From Terriglobia bacterium (GTDB lineage: Bacteria; Acidobacteriota; Terriglobia; 20CM-2-55-15): a DNA stretch of 64,000 nucleotides. Below the pieces are notes generated by a model. That model made no database searches. It was not told the origin of the DNA and saw only the letters and a program-made list of their open reading frames with translations. Made by a program: the position numbers and the translations under genes. Below are positions 10,178-21,099 of this stretch, piece after piece; position 1 is the stretch's first letter, and the number at the start of each line of letters is the position of its first letter. The stretch lies in contig CBDCLE010000017.1 in the NCBI GenBank assembly GCA_965218585.1, forward strand, positions 96,001 to 160,000. Reading direction: 5' to 3'.

Positions 10178-11566
10178 TCACCCGGGCTCCTCGACTTCGT
10201 ATTTCGCCGTAATCCAGGCGCCGGTTCCGCCCACCACGTTGTACACCTCACCGAAGCCTTCCCTTTCAAAAATGCTGGTCGCTGCACTCGAGCGATAGCC
10301 ACTACCGCAAATAGCAACGATCGGAATCGAAGCATCGATTTCAGAAAGCATTCGATCCAGGTCAGCCAACTGCAGGTTGACAGCACCCGGAACGTGACCG
10401 GCCGCGTACTCTGACGGACGGCGAACGTCGATAACCTGGAGCTGTCTGTCTTCATCACGACGTGTCTTGAGTTCGTCAACGGGCATCTGTGGTGTCTGGG
10501 CGAGGTCAAAACCCGCCTTGTCCCATGCATAGATACCACCGGCAAGAAAGCCTTCCACCGACTCCAGCCCCACCCGCGCCAGCCGCAAGACTGCTTCCTC
10601 TACACCACCTTCATCTTCTGCAACAACCACGATGCCGGTCGCTGCCGGGATCAAGCTACCCGCCCACGAAGCAAACTGTCCGCCCAGCCCGATGTTAATC
10701 GAACCCGGAACGTGACCGGTGCCGAACGCTGACGCGTTCCGAACATCCAGCACGATGCGTCCCTCGGTCTGAAGACGCTGGGTATCTTCGGCAGAAAGAG
10801 GTACCACTTCGCTCAACTCTTCGAGTCGAGATGCCCCGGTCCGGTTGATCTCCGCATCTCTGGAAAAGTAGGCCGGAACCTCGGGAAGATCCGTCGTCAT
10901 CATCTTCACAAATTCTTCTCTCGGCATCGGATTCAGCGCGTAGTTGAACTTCCGTTGCTCTCCGATGGTCGACATGGTTTCGCGTGACATGTTCCGGCCA
11001 CAGAGAGAGCCGGCGCCATGTGCCGGATAGACTTCTACTTCGTCCGGCAATTTCAGAAGCTTTTCATGCACGCTGTCGTAGAGCATCCCGGCCATCTCCT
11101 CTGCAGAAAAACCTTTGGAGCCGACGAGATCGGGGCGGCCAACGTCGCCGATGAATAACGTGTCGCCGGTGAACAGACGCCGCGTTTCTTCACTTCGGGC
11201 AGTGTTCACAGCCAGAATCGAAATGCCTTCGGGTGTGTGTCCGGGCGTTTCCATCATGCGCAGGACGACACTGCCAACCCTGAGTTCGTCGCCGTCCTTG
11301 ACGCCCAGACAGGAAAACGCGGCCCGCGCCTTTTCGCCGAAGACAATCTCGGCTCCGGTTCGGTCGGCCAGCTCGCGGTGACCGCTGACAAAATCTGAAT
11401 GCAGGTGCGTTTCGATGACGTACTTGATCTCGAGACCATGAGCCGTAGCTTCATCGACATACTGATCGACGTCCCGTTGCGGGTCGATGACTACAGCCTC
11501 TCGGTCAGAACCGATCAAATACGAAGCGTGTGCAAGACAACGCAGGTAGAACTGCTTGAAAATCAT
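10178..11566 (-). CDS. MBL-fold persulfide dioxygenase fused to two rhodanese domains (CstB/Blh-like)
   Basis: THLHSDF, PGHTPE, TGDTLFIGDVGRPDL, HGAGSLCG; two DVR...GHVPG rhodanese repeats, the last with CGSGYRS. Confidence 0.88.
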   Translation of the reverse strand: MIFKQFYLRCLAHASYLIGSDREAVVIDPQRDVDQYVDEATAHGLEIKYVIETHLHSDFVSGHRELADRTGAEIVFGEKARAAFSCLGVKDGDELRVGSVVLRMMETPGHTPEGISILAVNTARSEETRRLFTGDTLFIGDVGRPDLVGSKGFSAEEMAGMLYDSVHEKLLKLPDEVEVYPAHGAGSLCGRNMSRETMSTIGEQRKFNYALNPMPREEFVKMMTTDLPEVPAYFSRDAEINRTGASRLEELSEVVPLSAEDTQRLQTEGRIVLDVRNASAFGTGHVPGSINIGLGGQFASWAGSLIPAATGIVVVAEDEGGVEEAVLRLARVGLESVEGFLAGGIYAWDKAGFDLAQTPQMPVDELKTRRDEDRQLQVIDVRRPSEYAAGHVPGAVNLQLADLDRMLSEIDASIPIVAICGSGYRSSAATSIFEREGFGEVYNVVGGTGAWITAKYEVEEPG

Positions 11567-11695
11567 CCGGATCTCCTTCGAGTACCGATTCTCGTCATCG
11601 CTGGTCGGAAGCGCAAGCCGGATTTCATCTTTCTTTTCTCTTCAGATACAGTCTACTTATTGGCCGTATTCTTAGTCAGGATTGGGAACAAAACG

Positions 11696-13747
11696 ATGAG
11701 TACAGCTGAATCGAATGCACTCCTAGAAGAATGGACCGGTCCGAGTGGCGGAGTGCCCCCGTTCGATCGCATGAAACTCGAAGACCTGAAACCGGCCCTC
11801 GAGCGCGCGATGGCCCGGAGTCTGGACGAGATTGATGCCATTGGGAGCAATCCCGACCCGCCCACCTTTGAAAACACCATCGTTGCCCTGGAAAAATCCG
11901 GACGCCTATTGGATCGCGTCTACCCGTTTTTCGGCATCTGGAGTTCGAATCTGTCGACATCCACGTTCCGTGAGATCGAGCAGGAGATGGCGCCACGACT
12001 TGCGGAATTCGACTCGAAAATCAAGCAGAACGCCCAACTCTTCGCCAGGGTCAAGGCCGTCTATGAAGGAAACGAGAAGGATCGATTGACTCGGGAAGCG
12101 CAGAGGCTCGTCTGGCTTATCTACGACGACTTTGCGCGAAACGGGGCAACACTCGAAGGCGCTGCCAGAGAGCGCCACTCCGTCATCAATCAACGCCTCG
12201 CCGGGCTATACACGCGGTTTTCGAGCAACGTACTCGCAGACGAGGAAAACCATGTCCACTACCTGACTAAAGAGCAACTCGGCGGATTGCCCGAGTCATT
12301 CGTTGAATCCGCCGCGGCGGCGGCGACCGAACGCGGTCGCGACACCGAGTACGCCATCACCAACACGCGGTCGTCGGTGGATCCGTTCCTCACCTTCTCC
12401 ACCCGGCGTGATCTGCGCGAACTCGTGTGGCGAACCTTTTGCAGTCGCGGCAACAACGACGATCGGCATGACAACAACGCGATCATCACAGAAATACTCA
12501 AACTTCGGCATGAACGTGCACAACTCCTGGGCTATCCGAACTACGCAACGTGGCGCCTGGAAAACCGAATGGCCCAGACCCCGGATCGTGCCCTCGAACT
12601 GATGGAAGCCGTGTGGCCTGCCGCCCTGGCGCGGGTTTCCGAGGAAGTTGCCGATATGCAGGAACTGGCGAGTTCCGAAGGCACGGACATCAGGATCGCT
12701 CCGTGGGACTACCGCTACTATGCGGAAAAGGTACGTGAGTCGCGATACTCGCTGGACTCAGATCGTGTACGCCAATACCTGGAACTCGACAAGCTCCGAG
12801 AGGCGATGTTCTTCGTCGCGGAAGAACTGTTCGGCTACAGATTCACACCCGTTCTCGACGGATCAGTGCCGATTTTCCACGATGACGTGCGCGTGTGGGA
12901 AGTCGCCGACAAAGATTCGCGGCACAAGATCGGCGTCTGGTACCTCGACCCGTACGCTCGCCCGGGGAAACAGTCCGGGGCCTGGGCCACAACGTATCGC
13001 AGCCACCAGAATATCGAAGGCGAATGGACGGTTCTCGGGTCGAACAATTCCAACTTCATCAAGGGCCGCGAAGGCGAGCCTGTCCTGGTTTCCTGGGATG
13101 ACGCACGGACGCTCTTCCACGAATTCGGACACGCGTTGCACTACTTTTCCTCCGAGGTCGAGTATCCCGGCTTGAACGGGGCGCTCCGCGACTACGTTGA
13201 GTTCCAGTCCCAGCTGATGGAACACTGGCTTCTAACCGACGCGGTCATCGACAACTATCTCGTGCACCATGAAACCGGCGCGCCGATGCCCCGGGATCTC
13301 GTAGCCAAGATCCGAAATGCCGCCACTTTCAATCAGGGTTTCGCGACAACGGAGTATCTGGCCTGTGCCCTGGTAGACATCCGCTACCACACGGTCGATC
13401 CGGCCGGTATCGATCCCCAGAAGTTCGAACGCGAGGTACTGACCGAGTTGAACATGCCCGATGAAGTTGCGATGCGCCATAGCAGCACCCAGTTTGCTCA
13501 CGTTTTCTCGGGAGAAGCTTACGCAGCCGGATACTACAGCTACATCTGGGCCGACGTCCTGACAGCGGATGCTGCCGAAGCGTTCGCCCAGGCTCCGGAT
13601 GGCTTTTATGACAAGGATCTGGCCCGCAAGCTCGTCGACAGTCTTTTTACGCCGCAGAACTCCCTGGACCCGGCAGAAGCCTATCGGATATTTCGGGGCA
13701 GAGATGCCCGAATAGAGGCGCTCATGCGGGACAGGGGTTTCCTGTAA
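11696..13747 (+). CDS. dcp: M3 family metallopeptidase (peptidyl-dipeptidase Dcp-like)
   Basis: FHEFGHALH zinc motif, DYVEFQSQ, YAAGYYSYIWA; ATG at 11696. Confidence 0.88.
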   Translation: MSTAESNALLEEWTGPSGGVPPFDRMKLEDLKPALERAMARSLDEIDAIGSNPDPPTFENTIVALEKSGRLLDRVYPFFGIWSSNLSTSTFREIEQEMAPRLAEFDSKIKQNAQLFARVKAVYEGNEKDRLTREAQRLVWLIYDDFARNGATLEGAARERHSVINQRLAGLYTRFSSNVLADEENHVHYLTKEQLGGLPESFVESAAAAATERGRDTEYAITNTRSSVDPFLTFSTRRDLRELVWRTFCSRGNNDDRHDNNAIITEILKLRHERAQLLGYPNYATWRLENRMAQTPDRALELMEAVWPAALARVSEEVADMQELASSEGTDIRIAPWDYRYYAEKVRESRYSLDSDRVRQYLELDKLREAMFFVAEELFGYRFTPVLDGSVPIFHDDVRVWEVADKDSRHKIGVWYLDPYARPGKQSGAWATTYRSHQNIEGEWTVLGSNNSNFIKGREGEPVLVSWDDARTLFHEFGHALHYFSSEVEYPGLNGALRDYVEFQSQLMEHWLLTDAVIDNYLVHHETGAPMPRDLVAKIRNAATFNQGFATTEYLACALVDIRYHTVDPAGIDPQKFEREVLTELNMPDEVAMRHSSTQFAHVFSGEAYAAGYYSYIWADVLTADAAEAFAQAPDGFYDKDLARKLVDSLFTPQNSLDPAEAYRIFRGRDARIEALMRDRGFL

Positions 13748-13862
13748 CGTAACAGCACCTGTTCCGAGGGCATCTGGGGCACCCGTTGCTTCAGTTCTCG
13801 TGCCCGCCTTTTGGTGGTTCAGCTACGGCCGATTTCATCCACTACGCCACCCATCGGCGCAA

Positions 13863-14540
13863 TCAGTCGGCCGCGAAGCAGTACAACAAGCCGGCGCCTC
13901 CAGTACTAATGAGATTTTCCTGTGTGCAACCCGGGGTCGGGTGCGAGGAGTTCCAGGGAGAACCCGGCGTGGTGAAGGAGTAGCGGTCGGCGTGTCCTAC
14001 CATTGCGCTTCCCTCGCCGTTGCTAGTCCAGTTACTGCATGTGCGGTCTTCGCCCGACGGAAACGCCGTGCCGTCAACGCGTGAGCCGGTGAGGACATCG
14101 TGTTCCGAAAAGTCGGGATCGCCATCTATGCGTGAGGCGAATTGGTTGCCGTTCTCGTCCAGCGCGTGTTCCCAATTGATATTCGAGTTGTCGAAATGCA
14201 AGTTTTCCACGCTGGAGGCAATGACGAGGCCTTCTGAATTGGCCCATGGTCCCGTACCTATGCGGTCGCGCGCATTGACCACTGCGTCCCCTTGAGTGCT
14301 CAAGTAGGCGCGCCACGTGCGGTTACCGGCGCCTGCCGCCGCAGCCAGCGACTGGCAATGTGCATCCGCGCCTTCCAGACCGCCCAGGTTGCCACCATCG
14401 CCAATGCCAACGCTGGTGACAAAGAAGCCAAGCTCGGGCGGCTGGCCGTCGTTCTGCGGCTGTGCTGCAATCGAATTTCCAGACAATGCCAGCATCCCCA
14501 TGGTGACAGTAACCACTATCAAGGCTCGTTTGCTATTCAT
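13863..14540 (-). CDS. Exported lectin-like protein
   Basis: Signal peptide; FFVTS, GNLGGLEGADAHCQ, WRAYLS, NARDRIG, LYCFA. Confidence 0.7.
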   Translation of the reverse strand: MNSKRALIVVTVTMGMLALSGNSIAAQPQNDGQPPELGFFVTSVGIGDGGNLGGLEGADAHCQSLAAAAGAGNRTWRAYLSTQGDAVVNARDRIGTGPWANSEGLVIASSVENLHFDNSNINWEHALDENGNQFASRIDGDPDFSEHDVLTGSRVDGTAFPSGEDRTCSNWTSNGEGSAMVGHADRYSFTTPGSPWNSSHPTPGCTQENLISTGGAGLLYCFAAD

Positions 14541-14594
14541 GCTTGTGTTCTCCCTAAGTTTATTTCAGCTGACTTTCTGGCCGCATAATTGTGG

Positions 14595-16975
14595 CTAATC
14601 CTGTCCCAACTCCTTTGGCTGTGCGTCCTTCACGAATCGTTCGAACCACAACATCATTTCGTACAACGTGTGTTCGACCGATTCACGCGCCGCGTACCCA
14701 TGGGATTCCAACGGCAGGGTGACGAGCCTCGCGGTCGCACCGTGCCCAGCAAGGGCATGGTACATCCGGTCGGACTGGACGGGGAAGGTCCCCGCGTTGT
14801 TATCCTGCTCCCCGTGTGTCAGTAGGATCGGTTCGTTCACCTTGTCGGCGTGCATAAAAGGTGATACGGCAAAGTAAATTTCGGGTGCTTCCCAGAACGT
14901 GCGCTGTTCGCTCTGGAAACCAAAAGGAGTCAGCGAGCGGTTGTAAGCACCACTGCGTGCGATACCTGCACGAAACAGATCGGAATGCGCGAGCAGATTT
15001 GCCGTCATGAAAGCGCCGTAGCTGTGCCCGGCGACTCCGACACGGTTCCGGTCGGTCACATCCAGCTCAACTGCCCTGTCGATTGCCGCTTCGGCGCTCG
15101 TGACGATCTGTTCCACGAAGGTATCGTTCATCGTCATCGGATCACCAATGACCGGCATCGTGGCATTGTCAAGCAATGCATACCCGTTCAGCACAAAGAA
15201 TAGCTGGGAGGTCCCCCGGATTGTCGTAAACCGCTCGGTCGACCCGCTGACCTGACCCGCTGTTCCCGCGTCGTTGTACTCCCTGGGGTAAGCCGAGACC
15301 ACGGTCGGCAGGCGTGTTCCTTCCTCGTAATCGGGAGGCAGGTATAGCGTAAACGAGAGATCCACTCCATCCTCCCTCTGATACTTGATCAACCGCTTCT
15401 TGATCTGTCGCAGCTCGGGCGTCGGGTCGGTAAAGGCGGTCAACGCCATCGTTCCCCCACCTTCGCCGAACGTCCGAATCAGGTAGTTCGGCGGTTCGGT
15501 GGGTGTTTCCCGTCGTGTTATCCAGCGCGTTCCCCCGCCATCGGCAGGGCTGACGATGATTTCGTAGGTTCCCTTTGCGGCTTGGAACAGCCGCTCGGGT
15601 TCGAGCGTCAGAATGTTGAGACGATCCAGAAACGGATAGTCACCTTCGGGAGAGGAACCGTCGCCTTCGAGGAAGATGTAATCGCCCCTCGTCAGGACGG
15701 CCTGTTGGCCGTTCTCGAGCATCCGGGACATGGGATTTCCAGGATGGTTGTAACGATCCTGGGCGCTCAGGTCCCATACGAGGCGGGGCTCGGAGCCATC
15801 GGCCACCAGAAACGTCCGATTCCAGCGCCGGTCTCTGTCGTACTCAGTAACCAACGCCGCGTCCCCGGTGTCAAGCCACTCGATTCCGCGGTACCGATGT
15901 TCCGTGCGTATCAACTCACCTGGTGTGTCGCCGAATGGTGCGGCGAGAGTGAGAATGCTATCGCGGTGATCGGCTTCGACATTCGGGTCTCCGCCGTCGA
16001 GTGCTTCGACCCAGATGAGCGTGGCGGGCGCGGTCGGTACCCAGACGTAGCTTCGCCGCTCCGTGGTTACACCACCGATCGGAATTTTGTCCTGCAGCGG
16101 CGTGCGTGCGAGCGTGTGTTCGACGCGCGCGCTTCGGTCCCAGACCTCGACACTCTGTGGAAAAGACCGATGCGTATAAAGATAGGAGTACGGCTTCAGG
16201 ACCCGCGACACCAAGAAGTGGTTCCCGTCGGGCGAAATCCTAAGCGTCCGAAACAACGCTGGCTCACCGAAGTCACGGACACGGCCGCTTTCAAAGTCGA
16301 CGAATGCGAGTTGGGCCGTGGCGTAGTAGTCGAACAACTCTGCGTCATGGGCGTCCCCAAGAAGATCCTGATACGTACGGACGGGTCCGGACGGCCCGGA
16401 GGTTTCCTGAACGTTCGGACCAGTCGGTACCCTTGCTTCTTCGGGCCCAGCGCCGCGTTCAGACGGCACACGCTGGATCAGTAGTGTGCTGCTGTCGGGC
16501 ATCCACTGAACCTCGGTTCCGTACGCGGCGTTAATCGCCACTCCGTCGACTTTCCGAACCGTGCCACTTCGATCGCCCACCCACAACTCAATCCCGTCAG
16601 GGAGCGTGTTGGTGAACGCAAACCGATCGCCGTCTCGACCCCGTCGGGTATCGTCGTCAAAGTGTAGCCTGTGTAATAGCGTGGGCGGCTGGGCCCATTG
16701 GTAGCGGGATCGATCCGCAGCCCCGCAAGGCGCAGCATGGGCTGCGCATGGTCCCCAATCGAGGCATAACCCGGCGAATCTGCCAGAATCATGAGATCCT
16801 GCTGAGGGCTGATGCTGACCTGCGGCGTCTCGGGTGCGTTCAGCACATCCATGATCGCTTGAGGTGGTTTCCGATACGGCTCCTGAGCCTCGAGCGTCAC
16901 CGAAAGGGCGGCGACAAACAGGACGGCAAGGAGAATTCCCGCCCCGCGAACGAGCGTCTGTCGATTGATGGTCAT
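14595..16975 (-). pseudogene. Exported S9 prolyl oligopeptidase family protein, broken by an apparent short frameshifting deletion near 16630
   Basis: GHSYG nucleophile, HGEQDNN, ESHGY; signal peptide ORF 16478-16975 and catalytic ORF 14595-16586 in different frames. Confidence 0.8.
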
Positions 16976-17340
16976 GACCGCGATCTCCTCTCGGACGGAT
17001 TCACTGGAGCGTCCGCCTTCTGTCGTAAGCCGGGCTGCGTGCCAGGCATCGTTGTGATTATGTATCCGAGCAGACTATGGAAACATCTGTAAATTCAACT
17101 ACGGGTGGCATTTCAGGTCAACAAAACAGTCACATGGAAATGGTCAACTGCAAGTGTAGGCCACCTATACGTTCAGATGGAATTTCGCGGCATGAGGTCG
17201 TGAACCTAGCATACGGCTCCTACCTCGGATAAAACGGCACACACCACCTAGGGCACGTCCCGCTCGGTCGAGATCGTGTGCCATAAGTGCCCTCTCCTGC
17301 CGGTGCTATACTGGGCCGTCAATATTCAGCAGTGTGTCAA

Positions 17341-18192
17341 ATGCAGATCGATCCTAGAAAATGTGTCGCCTGCGCTAACTGTGTGCCGGTCTGCCCGATG
17401 GGTGCCATCCAAGTCGACACGTCGATGCATCGTGCCACCATCGATTACGACGAGTGCGTCGAGTGCGGCACTTGCTTCCGCGGGATGAGCCAGGAACATC
17501 TGAATCCCACCTTTGTGCGTACGGTACGTGGCCTGGCCAAGCTGTTTCGTTTTCGGTTTGAACCAGAGCCCGATGTCTGCCCCACCGGTGCGTTCGTGAT
17601 GGAAGAGTTGGAGTGGCCTCGAATTGCCCGGCGTGTCTTCAGCGATCCCCTCGTCGAGCACAGATCCACAGGGATCACGGGAAGGGGGACCGAAGAAATC
17701 AAAACGAACGACGTGGCCCACCGCGTCGGTATCGGTGACGTTGGATATGTCGTCGAGTTCGGACGCCCTGGAACCGGCGTTCGGTTCCACCAGATTCAGG
17801 CAATGACAATGACTTTGGCCGACCTGGGTGTCAGCTTCGAGCCCAACAACCCGATTACGCACCTGATGAAGGATCAGCATACCGGTGCCCTGAAGGAAGA
17901 TCTGCTCAACGAGAAGATTCTTTCCGCCATCGTTGAGATCAAGACGCCACTGGATCAGGTCAAGCAGGTCCTCGATACCGTCATGGAGGTGTCGCGACGC
18001 ATCGATACGGTTGTGGCCGTGGGCGTATCGACGCGCTGTGATGAAGCCGGCGAAGATTCGCGTCTGGCTCCACTGCTCTCGGAACTGGGATATACGTTCG
18101 AGCGCGCCAAGACGAACATGGGCCTCGGGCGCGTTACGAATGTGCGAAAGATGGGGGAGAGAGGTGACCAACACCTTGCATCGATACGGTAA
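17341..18192 (+). CDS. 2x[4Fe-4S] ferredoxin-domain protein with uncharacterised C-terminal domain
   Basis: CVACANCVPVCP and CVECGTC...VCPTGA; C-terminal GRGTEEIKTNDV and VEFGRPG; ATG at 17341. Confidence 0.8.
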   Translation: MQIDPRKCVACANCVPVCPMGAIQVDTSMHRATIDYDECVECGTCFRGMSQEHLNPTFVRTVRGLAKLFRFRFEPEPDVCPTGAFVMEELEWPRIARRVFSDPLVEHRSTGITGRGTEEIKTNDVAHRVGIGDVGYVVEFGRPGTGVRFHQIQAMTMTLADLGVSFEPNNPITHLMKDQHTGALKEDLLNEKILSAIVEIKTPLDQVKQVLDTVMEVSRRIDTVVAVGVSTRCDEAGEDSRLAPLLSELGYTFERAKTNMGLGRVTNVRKMGERGDQHLASIR

Positions 18193-18829
18193 GGCGGAGA
18201 CCTTCCGTGACGACTACATCATTTTCGCCATGCCCTCGAAAGGGAAGAACGACGAAGGAGCCATCGACAAGCTGAGGATGTTTCTGAGGATCTGTGTTCG
18301 CCATCAGCCGTCCAACATCGGTGCATCCGGTCAAAGCGGTTACCGTCCATCCGAGCACCTCAACCCAACCGTCCACTGGAAGAGGGATCTGGCTCCCGAC
18401 TTCGACCGCGTGATCGCCGGCGTCACGAAGGCTGGGACAGCCGGTAGCGTTTTCGACTCCCGGGAGAAGGCCATCGCCTGCCTCCGGGACGTGATTGCGG
18501 CGGACCTCGGACTCTCAGTGAATATCAGCACCTCCGTTGAAGGCGCGAAAGAGGCCGGCCGGGAATGTGGCATCCAACGCCATAGCGTGGAGTACTCTCT
18601 CGGATTTACCGATCCGCACGATCATCTTCCGGGTAGCCGGGTCCTCGAACTGGCGACGATGTGCGGGCACGGTATGGTGTCGTTCCAGATGGTACAGAAG
18701 ATGGTCGAAATGGTGCGCGAAGGCCGTCGGACTCCCCAGCAGGCGGTTACGACGCTGACGCGGTTCTGTCCCTGCGGTGTGTACAATCCGTCGCGCGCGC
18801 GGCGGCTGATCGAAGATGCCGCTTCGTAG
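18164..18829 (+). CDS. Conserved-looking hypothetical protein with Cys/His cluster
   Basis: GTG after GGGGGAGAGA, overlaps the upstream gene; MTNTLHR start, TMCGHG and FCPCG motifs. Confidence 0.7.
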   Translation: MTNTLHRYGKAETFRDDYIIFAMPSKGKNDEGAIDKLRMFLRICVRHQPSNIGASGQSGYRPSEHLNPTVHWKRDLAPDFDRVIAGVTKAGTAGSVFDSREKAIACLRDVIAADLGLSVNISTSVEGAKEAGRECGIQRHSVEYSLGFTDPHDHLPGSRVLELATMCGHGMVSFQMVQKMVEMVREGRRTPQQAVTTLTRFCPCGVYNPSRARRLIEDAAS

Positions 18830-19059
18830 GAGAGCTATACGCCAGGTCGCCCACAGTCGTGCGAGGTGGCTTTCGTAGCTGTGACACCTACTACCCTTAC
18901 GCTCGGACCTCCAGTCCTATCCGGTTCGCAAGGTTCATCGGCGGTGCTCCTTGCGTCACGAAAGTGGCGGGACAGCTCCAAGCTGCTGCAAGAACCGAAG
19001 CGAATTCCACCGAACCCACTCTTCGGCGATCAGAGGGTCGCGGAACCGGCTGACGACCA

Positions 19060-20016
19060 CTAATCCAACTCCCCGTCGAGCTCCCGATACACCTGGCGAA
19101 CCGCATCTGGCATATTCATCGCCGCGCGGAACCAGTACTGGAACTCACCCAGATTCATCAAGAGGAATGCCCGGTCTATGGGAACTCCTTCGGCGTGCAG
19201 GCGACTGGCCTCGGAAACCAGGTTTTCGAGCGCTCGCCGAAAATTTGTCAATTCCTCCCTCATGACCTCCCGACTGTCCACGAAACCATGATCGGACAAG
19301 TACATGTCGGCGTTCATTGCTTCGGCGCGCCGGACGGTCTCGACCCATTCCACCGGGTAGCCAGTCAGGGCACCGCCCACGGACGGGTATATCCGGTTGA
19401 AGAAGGTCTCTCCCATGAACAGGATATTTTCCTCGGGCAAAAACACCATGAGGTCACCACCCGTGTGGGCGCGGCCGAGAAAAAGAATCTCGATTTCGGT
19501 ATCGCCCATGGTCAGCACGCGGCGGTCCGACACGGTTTCCTGAGGAATGGGAACAGCGGGGGCGTATTGCCGCTCGATAACGGCTTTGGAAGTCGGGTGC
19601 GCGATGAACGTCACGTCATCCGGGAATGCGCTGTTGCCACCGATGTGGTCTGAATGATCGGCACAGACCACCACGTAGCGGATCGGTTGGGGCGTGATAC
19701 GGGCAATTTCTTCGATCAGCCGTTCCGTCTTTGCCACCGTGCCCTGACCGTCGGCCACCAACACACCCTCGCTAGTAACTACGATCAAGCTGTTGACCGT
19801 GAACGACATACTTTCGCTCACCGGGCCGTTGATTTCCTCGTATGCGTACACGTTTTCCGCGATCTGCTGAATTCTTGGAAAGTCGCTTTCCCGGAGACCG
19901 CGGACGGCCGCATCGCCTGTCCGCACAACCTGTGCCCGGACAGGGATCGCAGAGAATAAGCCCAACGCCACCCAGATTAGGAGCAGTACTGTCGCCTTCC
20001 AGTGCACTCTTCGCAT
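19060..20016 (-). CDS. Exported MBL-fold metallo-hydrolase (cyclase-like)
   Basis: Signal peptide; DHSDHIGGN, AHTGGD, SDHG (degenerate metal motif). Confidence 0.75.
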   Translation of the reverse strand: MRRVHWKATVLLLIWVALGLFSAIPVRAQVVRTGDAAVRGLRESDFPRIQQIAENVYAYEEINGPVSESMSFTVNSLIVVTSEGVLVADGQGTVAKTERLIEEIARITPQPIRYVVVCADHSDHIGGNSAFPDDVTFIAHPTSKAVIERQYAPAVPIPQETVSDRRVLTMGDTEIEILFLGRAHTGGDLMVFLPEENILFMGETFFNRIYPSVGGALTGYPVEWVETVRRAEAMNADMYLSDHGFVDSREVMREELTNFRRALENLVSEASRLHAEGVPIDRAFLLMNLGEFQYWFRAAMNMPDAVRQVYRELDGELD

Positions 20017-20030
20017 GATTACTTCTTCAT

Positions 20031-20094
20031 CTGTAGGTGCGCTCTACGAGCGCACAATCGTTGATACCCTGTGCGGTCGCAGACCGCACTTATA
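20031..20094. repeat. Inverted pair of GTAG-type REPs (REPIN/BIME-like)
   Basis: CTGTAG-GTGCGCTC-TAC-GAGCGCAC, spacer, then GTGCGGTC-GCA-GACCGCAC-TTATA in opposite orientation. Confidence 0.72.
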
Positions 20095-20119
20095 CCGCTC
20101 AACTGTGTTCGCAGTGGTC

Positions 20120-20902
20120 TCAGGCAATGCGAAAAGAGCGCATGGATATCGTTTTCTGGAATCCCTCCACGAAACTAACAACGCCTTCGCTCTCGTTTTT
20201 GACGCCAAGAATGTAAAGGAGGGGTAAGAAGTGTTCGTACGTGGGATGGGCTAGCTTGGCCACGTGGCCCATCTGTTGAAAATCGATAATCGCCTGATGG
20301 TTCTCATCGTTGACGTAGGATGTGATCCGCTCATCGAACTCCAGAGCCCAGTCCGGGACCGTATTGTCGGGGTTGCGGCGTTGTCTTGGATTGTGAACGA
20401 CGTTTCCGGAACCGAGTATCATCACGCCTTCCGTTCTCAGTCCCCGCAGTTGTTTCGCCAACTCATAGTGAAACGCTGGGGGCTGGGTATAATCCATGCT
20501 CAGTTGAATGACAGGCACGTCGGCATTCGGAAACATGTGTCGTAGGACGACCCATGTGCCGTGGTCGAAACCCCATTCGGTGTCGGGATTGACGGGAATC
20601 TGCCCACTAAGCATCGCTGTAATTTGTTCTGCGAGTCGCACGTTTCCCGGTGCCGGGTACGTCAGACGATACAGTTCCTCGGGGAAACCATGCATGTCGT
20701 AGGTCATCTTGGGCGTCTGATCAGACGTCACAAGGACGCCACCCCGGGTCAGCCAGTGTGCGGAAATAGATAAGATTGCCTGCGGCCGGGGTATTGAAGC
20801 GCCGAATTCACTCCAACCCCGCGTCCACTCGTTGTCCCAGATCGCGTTCCTTGGTGTGCCGTGACCGATGAAGACGGCGGGCGTCCGTTCAGTGTTCGGC
20901 AT
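20120..20902 (-). CDS. ygiD: 4,5-DOPA-type extradiol dioxygenase (LigB fold)
   Basis: FIGHGTP, ISAHW, YDMHGFP, GFDHGTW, GSGNVVHN, AHPTYEHFLPL. Confidence 0.88.
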   Translation of the reverse strand: MPNTERTPAVFIGHGTPRNAIWDNEWTRGWSEFGASIPRPQAILSISAHWLTRGGVLVTSDQTPKMTYDMHGFPEELYRLTYPAPGNVRLAEQITAMLSGQIPVNPDTEWGFDHGTWVVLRHMFPNADVPVIQLSMDYTQPPAFHYELAKQLRGLRTEGVMILGSGNVVHNPRQRRNPDNTVPDWALEFDERITSYVNDENHQAIIDFQQMGHVAKLAHPTYEHFLPLLYILGVKNESEGVVSFVEGFQKTISMRSFRIA

Positions 20903-21035
20903 GTCGCGCGATTCGTTCCCATCGCTCGGAAGATATTCCAACTGACTCGGGAGATGCTATTGGAAGTGGCTGAGCGATAGCAGGAACCCCGAAAGCGATG
21001 GCCAGAACAGAGGTGGCTATTACTTGGGTCTTCAT
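20889..21035 (-). pseudogene. N-terminal stub of an exported serine hydrolase
   Basis: 48 aa: signal peptide followed by LPIASPESVGISSERWERI, typical of beta-lactamase-family N-termini; runs straight into the ygiD start. Confidence 0.55.
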
Positions 21036-21099
21036 AAGTTCATTCCGTAAAGGCGACCTTTCTATCGGAAGCTGTCTCGAACGACGGCCTTCCCTCTTT

